This document shows positions 40,054 through 51,928 of a DNA stretch of 52,055 nucleotides, in pieces. The position numbers and the translations under genes were made by a program. The stretch comes from Hormoscilla sp. (GTDB lineage: Bacteria; Cyanobacteriota; Cyanobacteriia; Cyanobacteriales; Desertifilaceae): contig JBFRWI010000028.1 of NCBI GenBank assembly GCA_051439505.1, positions 1-52,055 of the forward strand. Reading direction: 5' to 3'. The notes under the pieces are model-generated. The model searched no databases, was not told where the DNA came from, and saw only the letters and a list, made by a program, of their open reading frames with translations. The stretch's first letter is position 1. Each line of letters starts with the position of its first letter.

Positions 40054-40199
40054 CAATACCTCGTAGGTTTTGCAGGGAGCAGGAAGCAGGGAGCAGGGAG
40101 AGGGAGATTGCTTCGGGGGGATTAACTCAATTGAGCAGGCCGTTAATCGCGGAGTCCCCCCCTCGCAATGACAACTTTATTCTTAACCGAGAAGTATTG
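40054..40199. mobile_element. MITE, CAATAC...GTATTG family, copy 2 (146 bp)
   Basis: Perfect 10-bp TSD AGGCAGTTAC (40044-40053, 40200-40209); interior is AGGGAGC heptamers plus one variable-loop half-unit. Confidence 0.92.
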
Positions 40200-40214
40200 A
40201 GGCAGTTACTGCTG

Positions 40215-42269
40215 TTACTGCTTGACCATTTGGAAATTTTTGCCATCAGCATCAACCCGGGCCATCACAAGTTTTCCAGTTATCCGCTTGCCGTTTAAGA
40301 TTAGATCCAAATGCGCGATCTTGCCCAGTTGCATCACAGCCCGTTCGCCATCATAAAAGGTCACTCGGACTAAGCCATTTTCAATCCGGAAGTCAGTCAC
40401 CAACTGCATTAACTGCTCCAGAGTAGCATCCCCGATCTTACCATAGACCATGGAAGCTAGATAAAATAGGTTTCGCTGTTTATTTTCAAAGCCCAGGGCC
40501 GGAACGACACTGTATTTGTATCTGATATTGTTTTCCGGTACGTTAGCAGCTAAGGGTCGAGCTGCAAATTGCCGGTCGTAGCCATACAAGTTGCGGATGA
40601 AACTAATTTTGCCATCAATAGATGCCGCTTCTGCCCCTTCAGTGGAGAGAATTTCCGCAACTCCCTCGTCGAAACCTAAAGGATATCCTCCCTCCTTAAA
40701 CCGCAAAGACTTGCGAGTTTGAATCCGGTGGACGTTGAGGGTGAAGTCATCTTTGACTAGAATGTAGGTGTAAGCCCAACCTAGAGTGCCATAGAGGCGG
40801 GGTAGGAACCGGGTAGCTTCCCGTTTGACTATCCGCAGCGGATATTTGGCAGCGGCAAAATTACGTTCGCAATATAGATTTTGGATCTGCGATCGCTGGA
40901 CGTACTTGCCCCCATCGGAAAAGGTGAGGGCGTTGTCGCACAGGGCACCGTCCCCTTCGTATTTCTTCTTCAGGGGTCCGATGTCGTAACTAAAAACGGA
41001 GGAATAGACAAAGTTAGTGTATTTACTGCTAAAATTAGGATCCCAGTAATGGGATTTCTGATTAATCAATTGCACGTGACCAGTTGGGCGATCGGCTAGT
41101 AGGAGGAAGCCAGCAGACTTCAGGGGGATAGAGACGCTTTCGGAGTCAATAGCTAAAGGCTTTTCTGGAACTTGCCAGAAGGGGTGTGATGCCGGTAATA
41201 GCAGTAAGTTAAACGCCTTAGCTGCCCAATAGGGGGAACCGGCGCAAGAATAATATTCCAGCAGTCTGGGAGCATGGCGGAGATATCCAGGACTTAAGAG
41301 ATCTTTGTCCGTGAGGATTTCGCGATCGAAAAAAAACTTTAAGGTAGCATTGCAAATGGTTTTAATTTCCCCCAGCTCGAGTTCGTGACAGTTAAGATAT
41401 AGACCCAAAGCGATCGGACCGAGATAGGCAAAGCGATAGGTAGCAGATCTGCCAAAACAGGGAATGCTGCCTTCCCCAGAAAAGAAGTAGCGGAAGTTGC
41501 GCATCCATGCCTGCATTCTCTCTATGTGGATCTGAGCGATTTCCGGGAGGCGATCGCCATCTAATATCGCCCAGATCGAAAAATAGTAATGGAATGCCCA
41601 GGCATTGTAATAATCGATTTGATTTATCTTACCATCTCGATACCAGCCATCCCCCAGATACATGGCCTGGCAAGCCCGCAGGTTAGCATCAATTTCTTTG
41701 GTGGAAAAGGGCATCGACAATTTCTGCAATACGGCATTGATTACCACCTTGAACAAAAGCCAGTTATTTTTGTAACATTTTGCCCGATCGCATTGGCGGA
41801 GATAGTCAGCCACCTGCTTTTTCTCAGCCACAGAATATTTGTCCCAGATATGGGCTTGAGAGAGGTACAGGGACCAAGCTAGGGAAGCACATTCGACAAT
41901 ATGCTGGGAATAGTTAACGATCTTACCCCAATATTCTGGATGAGTGGGATTGGTTCCTGCGAGGATCCCTTCGCGGTAAAACTCAGCGACATCTAAGGTC
42001 TCGCCAGAGACAGTCATGCTACCGGTATCGCTGGCGTGCAGCCATACTCCGGCCATAATAAAAGACCGGGCAAAGCCTTCTAGTTCGTCAACTACTGGAC
42101 CTTGGCAACCCCGAGGACCGGTAATTGGGATTCTCGCTTTACCGGCGGAGGCGCAAGCTATAATTCCTTTGAGTAGCACGAAAACCGTTTCTTCCCAGTG
42201 GTTTCTGGTCCATCCAGTAATCGGAGAAGTTTCGTAGTCAAATGATGTTGTCCATTGAATCGTCTTCAT
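40215..42269 (-). CDS. DUF2264-domain protein (GH154-related candidate glycosidase)
   Basis: DELEGFARS, GTNPTHPEYWG, QHIVECA, NNWLLF, YLGDGWYRDG, DYYNAWAFH, FGRSATYRFA and EYYSCAGSPYWAAKAF. Confidence 0.85.
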   Translation of the reverse strand: MKTIQWTTSFDYETSPITGWTRNHWEETVFVLLKGIIACASAGKARIPITGPRGCQGPVVDELEGFARSFIMAGVWLHASDTGSMTVSGETLDVAEFYREGILAGTNPTHPEYWGKIVNYSQHIVECASLAWSLYLSQAHIWDKYSVAEKKQVADYLRQCDRAKCYKNNWLLFKVVINAVLQKLSMPFSTKEIDANLRACQAMYLGDGWYRDGKINQIDYYNAWAFHYYFSIWAILDGDRLPEIAQIHIERMQAWMRNFRYFFSGEGSIPCFGRSATYRFAYLGPIALGLYLNCHELELGEIKTICNATLKFFFDREILTDKDLLSPGYLRHAPRLLEYYSCAGSPYWAAKAFNLLLLPASHPFWQVPEKPLAIDSESVSIPLKSAGFLLLADRPTGHVQLINQKSHYWDPNFSSKYTNFVYSSVFSYDIGPLKKKYEGDGALCDNALTFSDGGKYVQRSQIQNLYCERNFAAAKYPLRIVKREATRFLPRLYGTLGWAYTYILVKDDFTLNVHRIQTRKSLRFKEGGYPLGFDEGVAEILSTEGAEAASIDGKISFIRNLYGYDRQFAARPLAANVPENNIRYKYSVVPALGFENKQRNLFYLASMVYGKIGDATLEQLMQLVTDFRIENGLVRVTFYDGERAVMQLGKIAHLDLILNGKRITGKLVMARVDADGKNFQMVKQ

Positions 42270-42598
42270 CTTAGTTGGGGGGTAAGGTGGATGTTCTGCT
42301 TATCGCCGGTGTAAAGAAATACTTGCACCAGAGAACTCTCGGGCAGGCCGCACTCTACCAAGATTAGCGCTCGATCGGCAATTTAGGTAAGATAGAGATT
42401 GAGGGTATGGCACGGTATGGCACCCAGGGTTGATCTATTATCAAATATAGGATATTCTAGAGATATGCTTTGATAGAGTGCCGGTTAGCATAGATCGCCC
42501 ACCGGTTTCATAGTTTGTAGAGATGCTAAGTGTAACAGTTCTAGATTGAATATAGTCCCAGTCAGATTTTCGCCCCGCGAGGTTTGCAGGAGAGTGAT

Positions 42599-43585
42599 AT
42601 GCCACTAATTTCTGTAATAGTTCCCGTATATAACGGGGAAAAAACAATTCTCCAGACTGTTGAATCTGTTTTAAAGCAAACCTTTACAGACTTTGAGTTA
42701 ATAGTGATTAATGACGGATCGACAGACTCCACTCTAGAGATATTGTCTGGCATACAAGACCCCAGACTCCAGGTATTTTCCTACCCCAATACCGGTTCAA
42801 ACCCCAGCCGTAACAGAGGATTTGCCCATTCTTCTGGGGAATATATTGCCTTCTTAGACGCCGACGATCTGTGGACCCCAGACAAGCTAGAGGCACAATT
42901 GCAAGCCCTGCAAGAAAATCCCCAAGCCGCAGTTGCTTATAGCTGGAGTGACTGTATCGATGAATCGGGTAAATTTCTCCGTCGAGGCGGTTATATTACT
43001 GTCGATGGAGATGCTTATGCTAAGCTGTTAACAGCGGACATTTTGGAACATGGTTCTAATCCATTAATTCGTCGGCAAGCTTTAATTGAAGTTGGTTTAT
43101 TTGACGAATCACTGCCGGCGGCACAGGATTGGGATCTATATTTGCGGTTAGCTGCTAAATATGATTTCGTAAATGTGCCCCGCACTCAAATATTATATCG
43201 GATTTCTGCCAACTCCCTATCGTCTAATTTCATGAAGCTAGAAAAAGCATCTTTAATAGTGATTGAACGAGCATTCAGTCAAGCTCCTGAATCGCTCCAA
43301 CACCTGAAGCGATGTAGTCTGGGAAACATATACAAGTATTTGACATACAAAGCACTTGCAGGAACGGGACGAAGCCGAAACTTGACAGCAGCCAGATTTC
43401 TCTGGCATACTGTAATTAACGATCCGACTTTCCTGCGGACGCCGTTGATTAGCCGGTTGCTAGTTAAGATTGTGGTAGGCGTGCTACTGCCACCGAAAAA
43501 AGCTCAAGCGTTCTTCAATAAATTTAAAGGTTTGCCTAAGAGCCACGAAACTTTACTGAGTTACATGGAAGTCAAAGCTTCGTGA
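42599..43585 (+). CDS. GT2 family glycosyltransferase (paralog 1)
   Basis: ISVIVPVYN, INDGSTD, FLDADD and QDWDL; AGGAGA RBS. Confidence 0.93.
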   Translation: MPLISVIVPVYNGEKTILQTVESVLKQTFTDFELIVINDGSTDSTLEILSGIQDPRLQVFSYPNTGSNPSRNRGFAHSSGEYIAFLDADDLWTPDKLEAQLQALQENPQAAVAYSWSDCIDESGKFLRRGGYITVDGDAYAKLLTADILEHGSNPLIRRQALIEVGLFDESLPAAQDWDLYLRLAAKYDFVNVPRTQILYRISANSLSSNFMKLEKASLIVIERAFSQAPESLQHLKRCSLGNIYKYLTYKALAGTGRSRNLTAARFLWHTVINDPTFLRTPLISRLLVKIVVGVLLPPKKAQAFFNKFKGLPKSHETLLSYMEVKAS

Positions 43586-43618
43586 AGGAAAATTAATTGA
43601 TGTTACCCGACAATACCC

Positions 43619-44605
43619 ATGCCCCTTATATCTGTAATTATTCCCGTTTATAATGGAGAAAAGACAATTAGAGAAACAATTGAATCGATCTTGAACCAAA
43701 CGTTCTCTGATTTTGAGTTAATCGTAATTAATGATGGTTCTACAGACACAACTTTGTCCATTGTTAACAGCATTCAAGACCCTAGGCTGAAAGTATTCTC
43801 CTATCCTAATGGAGGTGCATCTGCGTCGCGAAACCGTGGAATAGCCAGGGCGACTGGTGAATATATTTCCTTTATTGATGCAGATGACCTGTGGACACCG
43901 GATAAGTTAGAAGCTCAATTCAAAGCACTGCAAGAAAATCAAGAAGCAGCTGTAGCTTATAGCTGGACTAATTGTATAGATGAATCGAGTAAATTTTTAC
44001 ATCCAGGGGGATACATAACTCTAAACGGCGATGTCTACGCACATATGTTAGTAGTAAATTTTTTGATATGTGGTTCCAATCCTTTAATTCGTAGACAGGC
44101 CCTTGATGAGGTCGGTGAGTTTGACAAGTCACTCATGGGAACGGAGGATTGGGATATGTGGCTGCGGTTGGCAGCGCGTTTTCATTTCGTGGCAGTACCT
44201 ACCCCGCAAATTTTATATAGACAAGTTGCTGATTCCGTGTCTTCTAATATAGTTCGACAAGAAAGAGAAATCCTCAAAGCTATAGATATTGCCTTTGCCC
44301 GAGCACCTGAATCTCTACAGCACTTAAAAAAGCCCGCTCTGGCAAATAAGTACAAATATCTGATCTACAAAGCGCTGCAAGGAAAACCAGCAAGAGAAAA
44401 AGGCTTTACTGCTGTGAGATTCTTAGGTCAAGCGATTCTTAACGACCCGTCACTGCTGCGATATCGAGTGGTTTGGAAAGTGTTGTTGAAGGCAGGGGCG
44501 ACCTGCTTTGTTCCGCCTCAATTAGCCCAGGCATTATTCACTAAATTTACCAAACTCGCCAATACCAGCAGTATTCTGGGCTACATTAAAATCCAGCCAT
44601 TCTGA
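43619..44605 (+). CDS. GT2 family glycosyltransferase (paralog 2)
   Basis: ISVIIPVYN, FIDADD and EDWDM. Confidence 0.93.
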   Translation: MPLISVIIPVYNGEKTIRETIESILNQTFSDFELIVINDGSTDTTLSIVNSIQDPRLKVFSYPNGGASASRNRGIARATGEYISFIDADDLWTPDKLEAQFKALQENQEAAVAYSWTNCIDESSKFLHPGGYITLNGDVYAHMLVVNFLICGSNPLIRRQALDEVGEFDKSLMGTEDWDMWLRLAARFHFVAVPTPQILYRQVADSVSSNIVRQEREILKAIDIAFARAPESLQHLKKPALANKYKYLIYKALQGKPAREKGFTAVRFLGQAILNDPSLLRYRVVWKVLLKAGATCFVPPQLAQALFTKFTKLANTSSILGYIKIQPF

Positions 44606-44609
44606 ATCA

Positions 44610-45569
44610 TTATTTAGCCCGAGAAAGTTCCTTAATGCGGGCTAAATAAGCCTCAGCCTGTTGAGGGGGGATGAGAGTTCCCACCAATATCTTTAAAAAG
44701 ACGATCGCCATGAGTCGCCGCCGTCGCCAAAGTATAGAGGGTCTAAATCTAACAGTTTTCCATAAATATCCAGCACCCACCAGACTGCTACTACGATTTG
44801 GAGAGCCTTCCAGGGATCTAAAAATCAAATATTGATAAATATTAGTAATACTCTCCTTTTTGAGATGCTGTAGAGATGCAGGTGCTTGATTAAAAGCGCG
44901 TTCAATAACTTTTAGGCATTCTCTTTCCTGTCGAATAACATTAGCAGATAAAGAATTCGCAACTTGTCGATATAAAATTTGCGGGTAAGGGACCGCGACA
45001 AAATGGAAACGCGCTGCCAATCGCAGCCACATATCCCAATCCTCACCTGCCAAGAGTGAGTTATCAAACTTACCCACTTCAGCAAGAGCTTGACTGCGAA
45101 TCAAAGGGTTGGAACCATTTGCCAAAAAATTTTCTACCAACAGTTCCGCGTAGACATCCCCGTTGACAGTTCTATGGGCTCCCGGACGCAAAAACTTACT
45201 TGATTCATCTATACTATCAGTCCAGCTATAAGCGAGAGCAGCATCGGGTTTGTCTAGTAGTGCTTTGAGTTGAGCTTCTAGCTTGTCCTGTGTCCACAGG
45301 TCATCTGCATCGATAAAGGAAATATACTCCCCCGTTGCCCGAGCAATTCCACGGTTTCGCGACTCAGCTAGACCAGCATTGACGTAGGAAAATACTTTCA
45401 CTCTGGAGTCTTGAATGCTGTCAACAATTTCTAAGGTTGAATCTGTCGAGCCATCATTAATTAAGATTAGTTCAAAATCGGAGAAAGTTTGGTTGAGTAC
45501 AGATTCAATCGTCTCTTTAATTGTTTTCGCTCCATTGTAAACCGGAATGATTACAGAAATTACTGGCAT
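44610..45569 (-). CDS. GT2 family glycosyltransferase (paralog 3)
   Basis: Same motifs, very similar to paralog 2; follows hpsE. Confidence 0.93.
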   Translation of the reverse strand: MPVISVIIPVYNGAKTIKETIESVLNQTFSDFELILINDGSTDSTLEIVDSIQDSRVKVFSYVNAGLAESRNRGIARATGEYISFIDADDLWTQDKLEAQLKALLDKPDAALAYSWTDSIDESSKFLRPGAHRTVNGDVYAELLVENFLANGSNPLIRSQALAEVGKFDNSLLAGEDWDMWLRLAARFHFVAVPYPQILYRQVANSLSANVIRQERECLKVIERAFNQAPASLQHLKKESITNIYQYLIFRSLEGSPNRSSSLVGAGYLWKTVRFRPSILWRRRRLMAIVFLKILVGTLIPPQQAEAYLARIKELSRAK

Positions 45570-45590
45570 ATCATGATTTTATAACTCTTT

Positions 45591-46556
45591 TTACTGAAAC
45601 CATAAATATAGCCTTAAATAAGGACTATATAACTGACCGATTTTTACTTGAAGTTCACAGGCTTTGCCAAAATCATCCTCAAGCACATCTTTATATTTGA
45701 TATAGTGATTCAATACTCGCAAGCTATCCCGCAAGGTATAAAACGGTATTGCTAATTGCACTAGAGGTCTTTGCCAAGGATAATATCTGGTTAGGCGCAC
45801 CAGATGATTGGACAAACCATATCCACGGGCCAATCTGAGTAGATATGCTTTTTCTAAACGATCGGGGGTAATATGGTGCCAGATTTCCATTTTCGGATTG
45901 TGCCATACTTCCCATTTACTATTTTGGATATAACACATCATTTCCGCATCTTCGCCAGCAGCCATTGTTTTTTCATCTCTACCGGGAATTAGCAATTTTT
46001 CTGGAGGCGGTATTGCTTCAGACCATGCTTGCTTGCGGATGACTACTCCTGGCGCAGCTGGGATTCTCCTTGGTTTAGCGTTACGCTGGTAATGAAAAGG
46101 TTTGTTCCCCCGGTTGTAGATAGTTAGATAGTTCTTGACTTGCTTGAAGTAGGGCGGAGGATCGTTATCTAGTTTAGCATGGATTATGCCGCCATAGGCT
46201 CCTACTTGGGGCCGATCGCGCCCAAAAGCAAAACATTCTGCCACCCAATTAGGCCCTGCTATATTATCATCATCCAAAAAACCCATGAGGCTAATGCTTT
46301 TAACTGCTTTTACCCCACAGTAACGGGCATAAGCCGGTCCTTGTTTCGCTTCAAACAGATACCGTAACTGGCTATCTTGACGCCATTGCTGGGCGTAGTT
46401 CGATACCACCTCGGCTGTTTCGTCCTTGCTATTGTTGTCAACGACCAACACTTCCCATTTTATCCCCTCTGTACCCACCTGACCTTGCAGACTATCTAAC
46501 ACTTCTGGCAGACGTTGAGCACCATTATATGTGGGAATGACTATGCTAAAATCCAT
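45591..46556 (-). CDS. hpsE: Hormogonium polysaccharide glycosyltransferase HpsE-like (GT2)
   Basis: MDFSIVIPTYNGAQRLPEVL, VVDNNSKD, FLDDDN and WHNPKMEIWHHI. Confidence 0.8.
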   Translation of the reverse strand: MDFSIVIPTYNGAQRLPEVLDSLQGQVGTEGIKWEVLVVDNNSKDETAEVVSNYAQQWRQDSQLRYLFEAKQGPAYARYCGVKAVKSISLMGFLDDDNIAGPNWVAECFAFGRDRPQVGAYGGIIHAKLDNDPPPYFKQVKNYLTIYNRGNKPFHYQRNAKPRRIPAAPGVVIRKQAWSEAIPPPEKLLIPGRDEKTMAAGEDAEMMCYIQNSKWEVWHNPKMEIWHHITPDRLEKAYLLRLARGYGLSNHLVRLTRYYPWQRPLVQLAIPFYTLRDSLRVLNHYIKYKDVLEDDFGKACELQVKIGQLYSPYLRLYLWFQ

Positions 46557-46567
46557 AGCTACTTTAA

Positions 46568-49228
46568 TTATTGGGTGACTGTCGTCGGGGTAGGAACAGT
46601 CTCTACTAGCGCTTTTGAAACCAAAGCTGGCTGTTTTTTGCTGAAACTTAGAGATTCCTCTACTGAATCTATGATAATCCGATCGCCCTCCACAAAGGTA
46701 TTTTCCAGAATTTTGGTGGCGATCACATTTTCCAGTTCCCGCTGAATAGCCCGTTTCAGGGGGCGGGCCCCATAGACAGGATCGTAACCCGCCTCCACCA
46801 AATGGTCAATAGCAGCATCAGTCAGTTCCAGAGTTATTTTTTGCTCTGCCAGCAGCTTTTCCATCCGCTGAATTTGAATTCCCACGATTTGTCGTAACTC
46901 AGATTTATCCAGGGCATGGAAGAGAATTATATCATCAACCCGGTTGAGAAACTCTGGGCGGAACTGCTTGCGCAGGGCCTGTAACACCCGTTTGCGCATC
47001 TCCTCATACTGAGTATCGTCCCCCGCCACATCCAGTATATGGTCGCTACCGATATTACTGGTCATGACGATCACTGTATTCCTAAAATCTACCGTGCGTC
47101 CTTGGGAATCTGTGATTCTGCCATCATCCAACACTTGCAGCAAGATATTGAACACGTCTGGATGGGCCTTTTCCACCTCATCCAGCAGCACTACGGCATA
47201 GGGTCGCCGGCGCACCGTCTCGCTTAACTGTCCTCCCTCCTCATAACCTACATATCCTGGAGGCGCACCCACCAGTCGCGCTACGGAATGCTTCTCCATG
47301 TACTCGGACATGTCGATCCGTACTATGGCATCATCGCTATCAAACAAGCATTCTGCTAAGGTCCGGGCCAGTTCCGTTTTCCCTACTCCCGTCGGTCCCA
47401 TAAACAAAAAGGATCCGATCGGGCGTTGGGGGTCTTTCATGCCGGCCCTGGCCCTGCGTATTGCTGCCGATACCGCTGCTACTGCTTCATTTTGCCCTAC
47501 TACCCGCTTGTGCAGGTATGTTTCCAACTGCAATAATTTTTGTCGTTCCGATTCTAGCAGCCTGTTGACCGGTATCCCCGTCCATTTCGCCACCAATTCT
47601 GCTACATCTGCTTCCGTCACCTGTTCCCGCAGCAGGGCCGATCCGCTGGACTGCATGTCCAATAATTGCCCTTCCTTCGCCTCCCGATCGCCCTCGATCT
47701 TTTGCAGGCGTCCGTACTTCAACTGGGCCGCCTTATTCAGATCGTAGGCCCTTTCTGCCTGTTCGATTTGCACCCGCAGCTTATCTTCCTCTTCCTTGAG
47801 AGTTTTGATGGCCTCCAACAGTTGCTTCTCCCCCTGCCACTGGTCGTTAAACTGTTGCTGACGTTCCTGCAAACTGCTAATTTCTTGCTCGATCCGGCGC
47901 GATCGTTCCTGGGCCTCCCGCTGCACTTCCGCTTCCAGGGACAGCTTTTCCATTTCCAACTGCATGATTCGCCGGTCTATGGTTTCCAGTTCCTCCGGTT
48001 TGGAAGTGATCTCCATCTTCAGCTTCGCCGCCGCTTCATCTACCAGGTCGATCGCCTTATCGGGCAAAAATCTATCCGTGATGTAACGACTGGACAGCAT
48101 GGCCGCCGCTACCAAGGCCGAGTCAGTAATTTTCACCCCGTGATGGACTTCATAGCGTTCCTTCAGTCCCCGCAAGATAGAAATAGTATCCTCTACCCCG
48201 GGCTGATTCACAAACACCTGTTGAAACCGGCGTTCCAGAGCGGCATCTTTTTCGATATATTTGCGGTACTCGTCCAGGGTTGTGGCCCCGATGCAGCGCA
48301 GTTCCCCCCGTGCCAGCATCGGTTTCAGCAGGTTACTGGCGTCCATCGCACTCGACTGTCCCGCACCGGTTCCTACCACCGTATGTAGTTCGTCGATAAA
48401 CAGTACGATCTGACCGTCCGAGTGAGTCACTTCTCGCAATACTGCTCTCAACCGGTCTTCAAATTCCCCCCGATATTTAGCACCAGCAATTAGAGACCCC
48501 ATATCCAGGCCAATTAACTGCCGGTTTTTCAGAGATTCGGGTACTTCGTTATTAATTATCCGCTGGGCCAGGGCTTCCGCGATCGCCGTTTTCCCTACCC
48601 CCGGTTCTCCGATCAGCACCGGGTTATTTTTCGATCGGCGAGACAATACCTGAATCACGCGGCGAATTTCTTCATCCCGGCCAATCACCGGATCCAGCTT
48701 CCCGGTGCGAGCCTGTTCTGTCAAGTCCCGTCCGTACTTTTCCAGGGCCGCGTAGCGATTTTCTGGACTTTGGTCCGTTACCTTCTGACTGCCCCGGATA
48801 TCCTTTATTGTCTCTTCCAACTGGGTGCGGGTACAGTTAAATCCTCTAATTAACCGGCGACCGACGCGCTCATCTTCAGCGAAGGCCAGCAGCAGGTGTT
48901 CGACCGAGATATACTCGTCTTCCCATGACATTCTGGCCTCTTCGGCCTGGTCCAGCATCACGTCCAAGCCCCGTCCCAGGTATAATTGATCGACATCGTA
49001 GGATTTTTTTTGCCGGGAATCAAACAGTTCTAACTGTTGAAATAGCTTCACTGGGTCTACGCCAGCTTTGGACAGGATCGTCTTGGCAATGCCGTCCTGT
49101 TCTAACATGGCGATCGCCACATGTTCCACCTCCAACTGCTGATGTTTTCCGCGACGGGCCACATCCTGGGAGTTGACGATCGCTTCCCAAGCTTTATCTG
49201 TAAATTTACTGGAGTCTGTCGGCTGCAT
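46568..49228 (-). CDS. clpB: ATP-dependent chaperone ClpB
   Basis: Two AAA+ modules ([16 protein letters not shown]) and a long coiled-coil M domain; no IGF loop. Confidence 0.97.
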   Translation of the reverse strand: MQPTDSSKFTDKAWEAIVNSQDVARRGKHQQLEVEHVAIAMLEQDGIAKTILSKAGVDPVKLFQQLELFDSRQKKSYDVDQLYLGRGLDVMLDQAEEARMSWEDEYISVEHLLLAFAEDERVGRRLIRGFNCTRTQLEETIKDIRGSQKVTDQSPENRYAALEKYGRDLTEQARTGKLDPVIGRDEEIRRVIQVLSRRSKNNPVLIGEPGVGKTAIAEALAQRIINNEVPESLKNRQLIGLDMGSLIAGAKYRGEFEDRLRAVLREVTHSDGQIVLFIDELHTVVGTGAGQSSAMDASNLLKPMLARGELRCIGATTLDEYRKYIEKDAALERRFQQVFVNQPGVEDTISILRGLKERYEVHHGVKITDSALVAAAMLSSRYITDRFLPDKAIDLVDEAAAKLKMEITSKPEELETIDRRIMQLEMEKLSLEAEVQREAQERSRRIEQEISSLQERQQQFNDQWQGEKQLLEAIKTLKEEEDKLRVQIEQAERAYDLNKAAQLKYGRLQKIEGDREAKEGQLLDMQSSGSALLREQVTEADVAELVAKWTGIPVNRLLESERQKLLQLETYLHKRVVGQNEAVAAVSAAIRRARAGMKDPQRPIGSFLFMGPTGVGKTELARTLAECLFDSDDAIVRIDMSEYMEKHSVARLVGAPPGYVGYEEGGQLSETVRRRPYAVVLLDEVEKAHPDVFNILLQVLDDGRITDSQGRTVDFRNTVIVMTSNIGSDHILDVAGDDTQYEEMRKRVLQALRKQFRPEFLNRVDDIILFHALDKSELRQIVGIQIQRMEKLLAEQKITLELTDAAIDHLVEAGYDPVYGARPLKRAIQRELENVIATKILENTFVEGDRIIIDSVEESLSFSKKQPALVSKALVETVPTPTTVTQ

Positions 49229-49280
49229 GGCTGGAATGTGATGCTATTAGCTATATCTTACGTCCCCCAGGCGATCGCCC

Positions 49281-49310
49281 CTCGTTCCCAGGCGGGAGCC
49301 TGGGAAGGGG
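49281..49310. repeat. Palindromic repeat CTCGTTCCCAGGC..GCCTGGGAA
   Basis: A second copy is at 51261-51289. Confidence 0.75.
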
Positions 49311-49316
49311 GGGACT

Positions 49317-49748
49317 TCAGCTGGAAGCCATTGCTGGAGTTGCTTGCTGCTGAGATGAACCTTGAGTACCCAACTGAATGAGTTCGATCTTATATCCATT
49401 CGGGTCTTGGACGAAGGCAATCACCGTCGAACCATGCTTCATCGGACCCGGTTCCCGCACTACCTTACCACCACGGACTTTAATCGTCTCGCAAGTGCCA
49501 TAAATATCATCCACGCCAATGGCGACATGACCGTAACCATCACCCAGATCGTACTTATCCGTATCCCAGTTATAGGTTAGCTCCAGCACAGTATGGTCGG
49601 ACTCGTCGCCATAACCAACAAAGGCCAGAGTAAACTTACCACCGGGATAGTCCTTCTGGCGTAGCAGCTTCATCCCCAGCACCTCACAGTAGAACTTGAG
49701 GGACTCTTCCAAGTTGCCCACCCGCAGCATCGTGTGTAATAGTCGCAT
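49317..49748 (-). CDS. gloA: Lactoylglutathione lyase (glyoxalase I)
   Basis: [24 protein letters not shown] and [10 protein letters not shown]; start ATG 49748. Confidence 0.97.
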   Translation of the reverse strand: MRLLHTMLRVGNLEESLKFYCEVLGMKLLRQKDYPGGKFTLAFVGYGDESDHTVLELTYNWDTDKYDLGDGYGHVAIGVDDIYGTCETIKVRGGKVVREPGPMKHGSTVIAFVQDPNGYKIELIQLGTQGSSQQQATPAMASS

Positions 49749-49840
49749 GGTCAATCCCAAATAAATTCCAAACTTCAGCCAAGAGTTGTCGATCTGGACG
49801 TATTCTAGCAAGCGACAGTCGGTCTGATGAGGTAAGATAA

Positions 49841-51133
<1,293 letters not shown>

Positions 51134-51169
51134 CAGCAGAGTTAAATTCTCTCGTTTGTTCCATAGCCC

Positions 51170-51219
51170 GCCGGGGGTTAAAACCCCCGGCTAACAGCTA
51201 AAGTGGGTTAAAACCCACT
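51170..51219. repeat. Double-hairpin repeat after eno
   Basis: GCCGGGGGTTAAAACCCCCGGC and AGTGGGTTAAAACCCACT. Confidence 0.75.
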
Positions 51220-51355
51220 ATTAACATTGTCTAGAAAGGACGATCGCCCATTTTTTTCCCCTCGTTCCCTGGCTCCGCCTGGGAACGAGTAACGAGGCGG
51301 GGGCCTCTAGTTGCAACAGGTGCAATATGTGAGTTAAAAGCGACTAAAATTATTG

Positions 51356-51531
51356 GGCGTTGCACATTTTTGGGATGATAGCAGCCAATTTTTAAACTTT
51401 GCTAATGGCTAATTGCTAATTGAAAAGAGTAAATAGATATTTATGACTACAAATGACGATTCTCTTGCCCGCCATTGACAATTAGCCATTAGCAATTAGC
51501 AGCCCTCATCATCCCGTCGTTGTGCAACGCC
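51356..51531. mobile_element. MITE, GGCGTTGCACA family, copy 2 (176 bp)
   Basis: Perfect TIRs GGCGTTGCACA / TGTGCAACGCC; 8-bp TSD AATTATTG (51348-51355, 51532-51539). Confidence 0.93.
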
Positions 51532-51590
51532 AATTATTGTAATTTTAGCTATAATATATACGCTTTCTGACGCTTTAAGAGTAATCATAA

Positions 51591-51875
51591 ATGCCGAGTG
51601 ACATCCAATTCGCCGTTAATAATAAATCAGCTTGTAAAAATCAGGAAACTAGATTAGAGTTTGTGGTGACGAATGACCCAGAACTAGATTTCGATCTTGT
51701 TCGAGAAGTATGGCTTGCAGATCGGGTAATTGCTGTTCTTCGGCAAGTGGAGGGAGATTGGCAAGTCACGTTTATTCCCGATGGTGATTTTTGTCAAATT
51801 TATTGGCAATATTTGATGGAAATAAGGCAAGCTTTCTCAATATTTATCAGCGAAAGTAAGCAGGCGTTATCATAA
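51591..51875 (+). CDS. Hypothetical protein
   Basis: 94-aa ATG ORF with a TATAAT box upstream; no recognisable family. Confidence 0.5.
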   Translation: MPSDIQFAVNNKSACKNQETRLEFVVTNDPELDFDLVREVWLADRVIAVLRQVEGDWQVTFIPDGDFCQIYWQYLMEIRQAFSIFISESKQALS

Positions 51876-51881
51876 TTGCAT

Positions 51882-51902
51882 GGGTGTGGTCAAAACCAGT
51901 TG
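51882..51902 (+). mobile_element. Terminus of another GGGTGTGGTC-family element
   Basis: GGGTGTGGTCAAAACCAGTTG matches the reverse complement of 30187-30207 at 20/21 positions. Confidence 0.75.
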
Positions 51903-51928
51903 GTAAAAAAGACCCGCCCCCAACGCGA

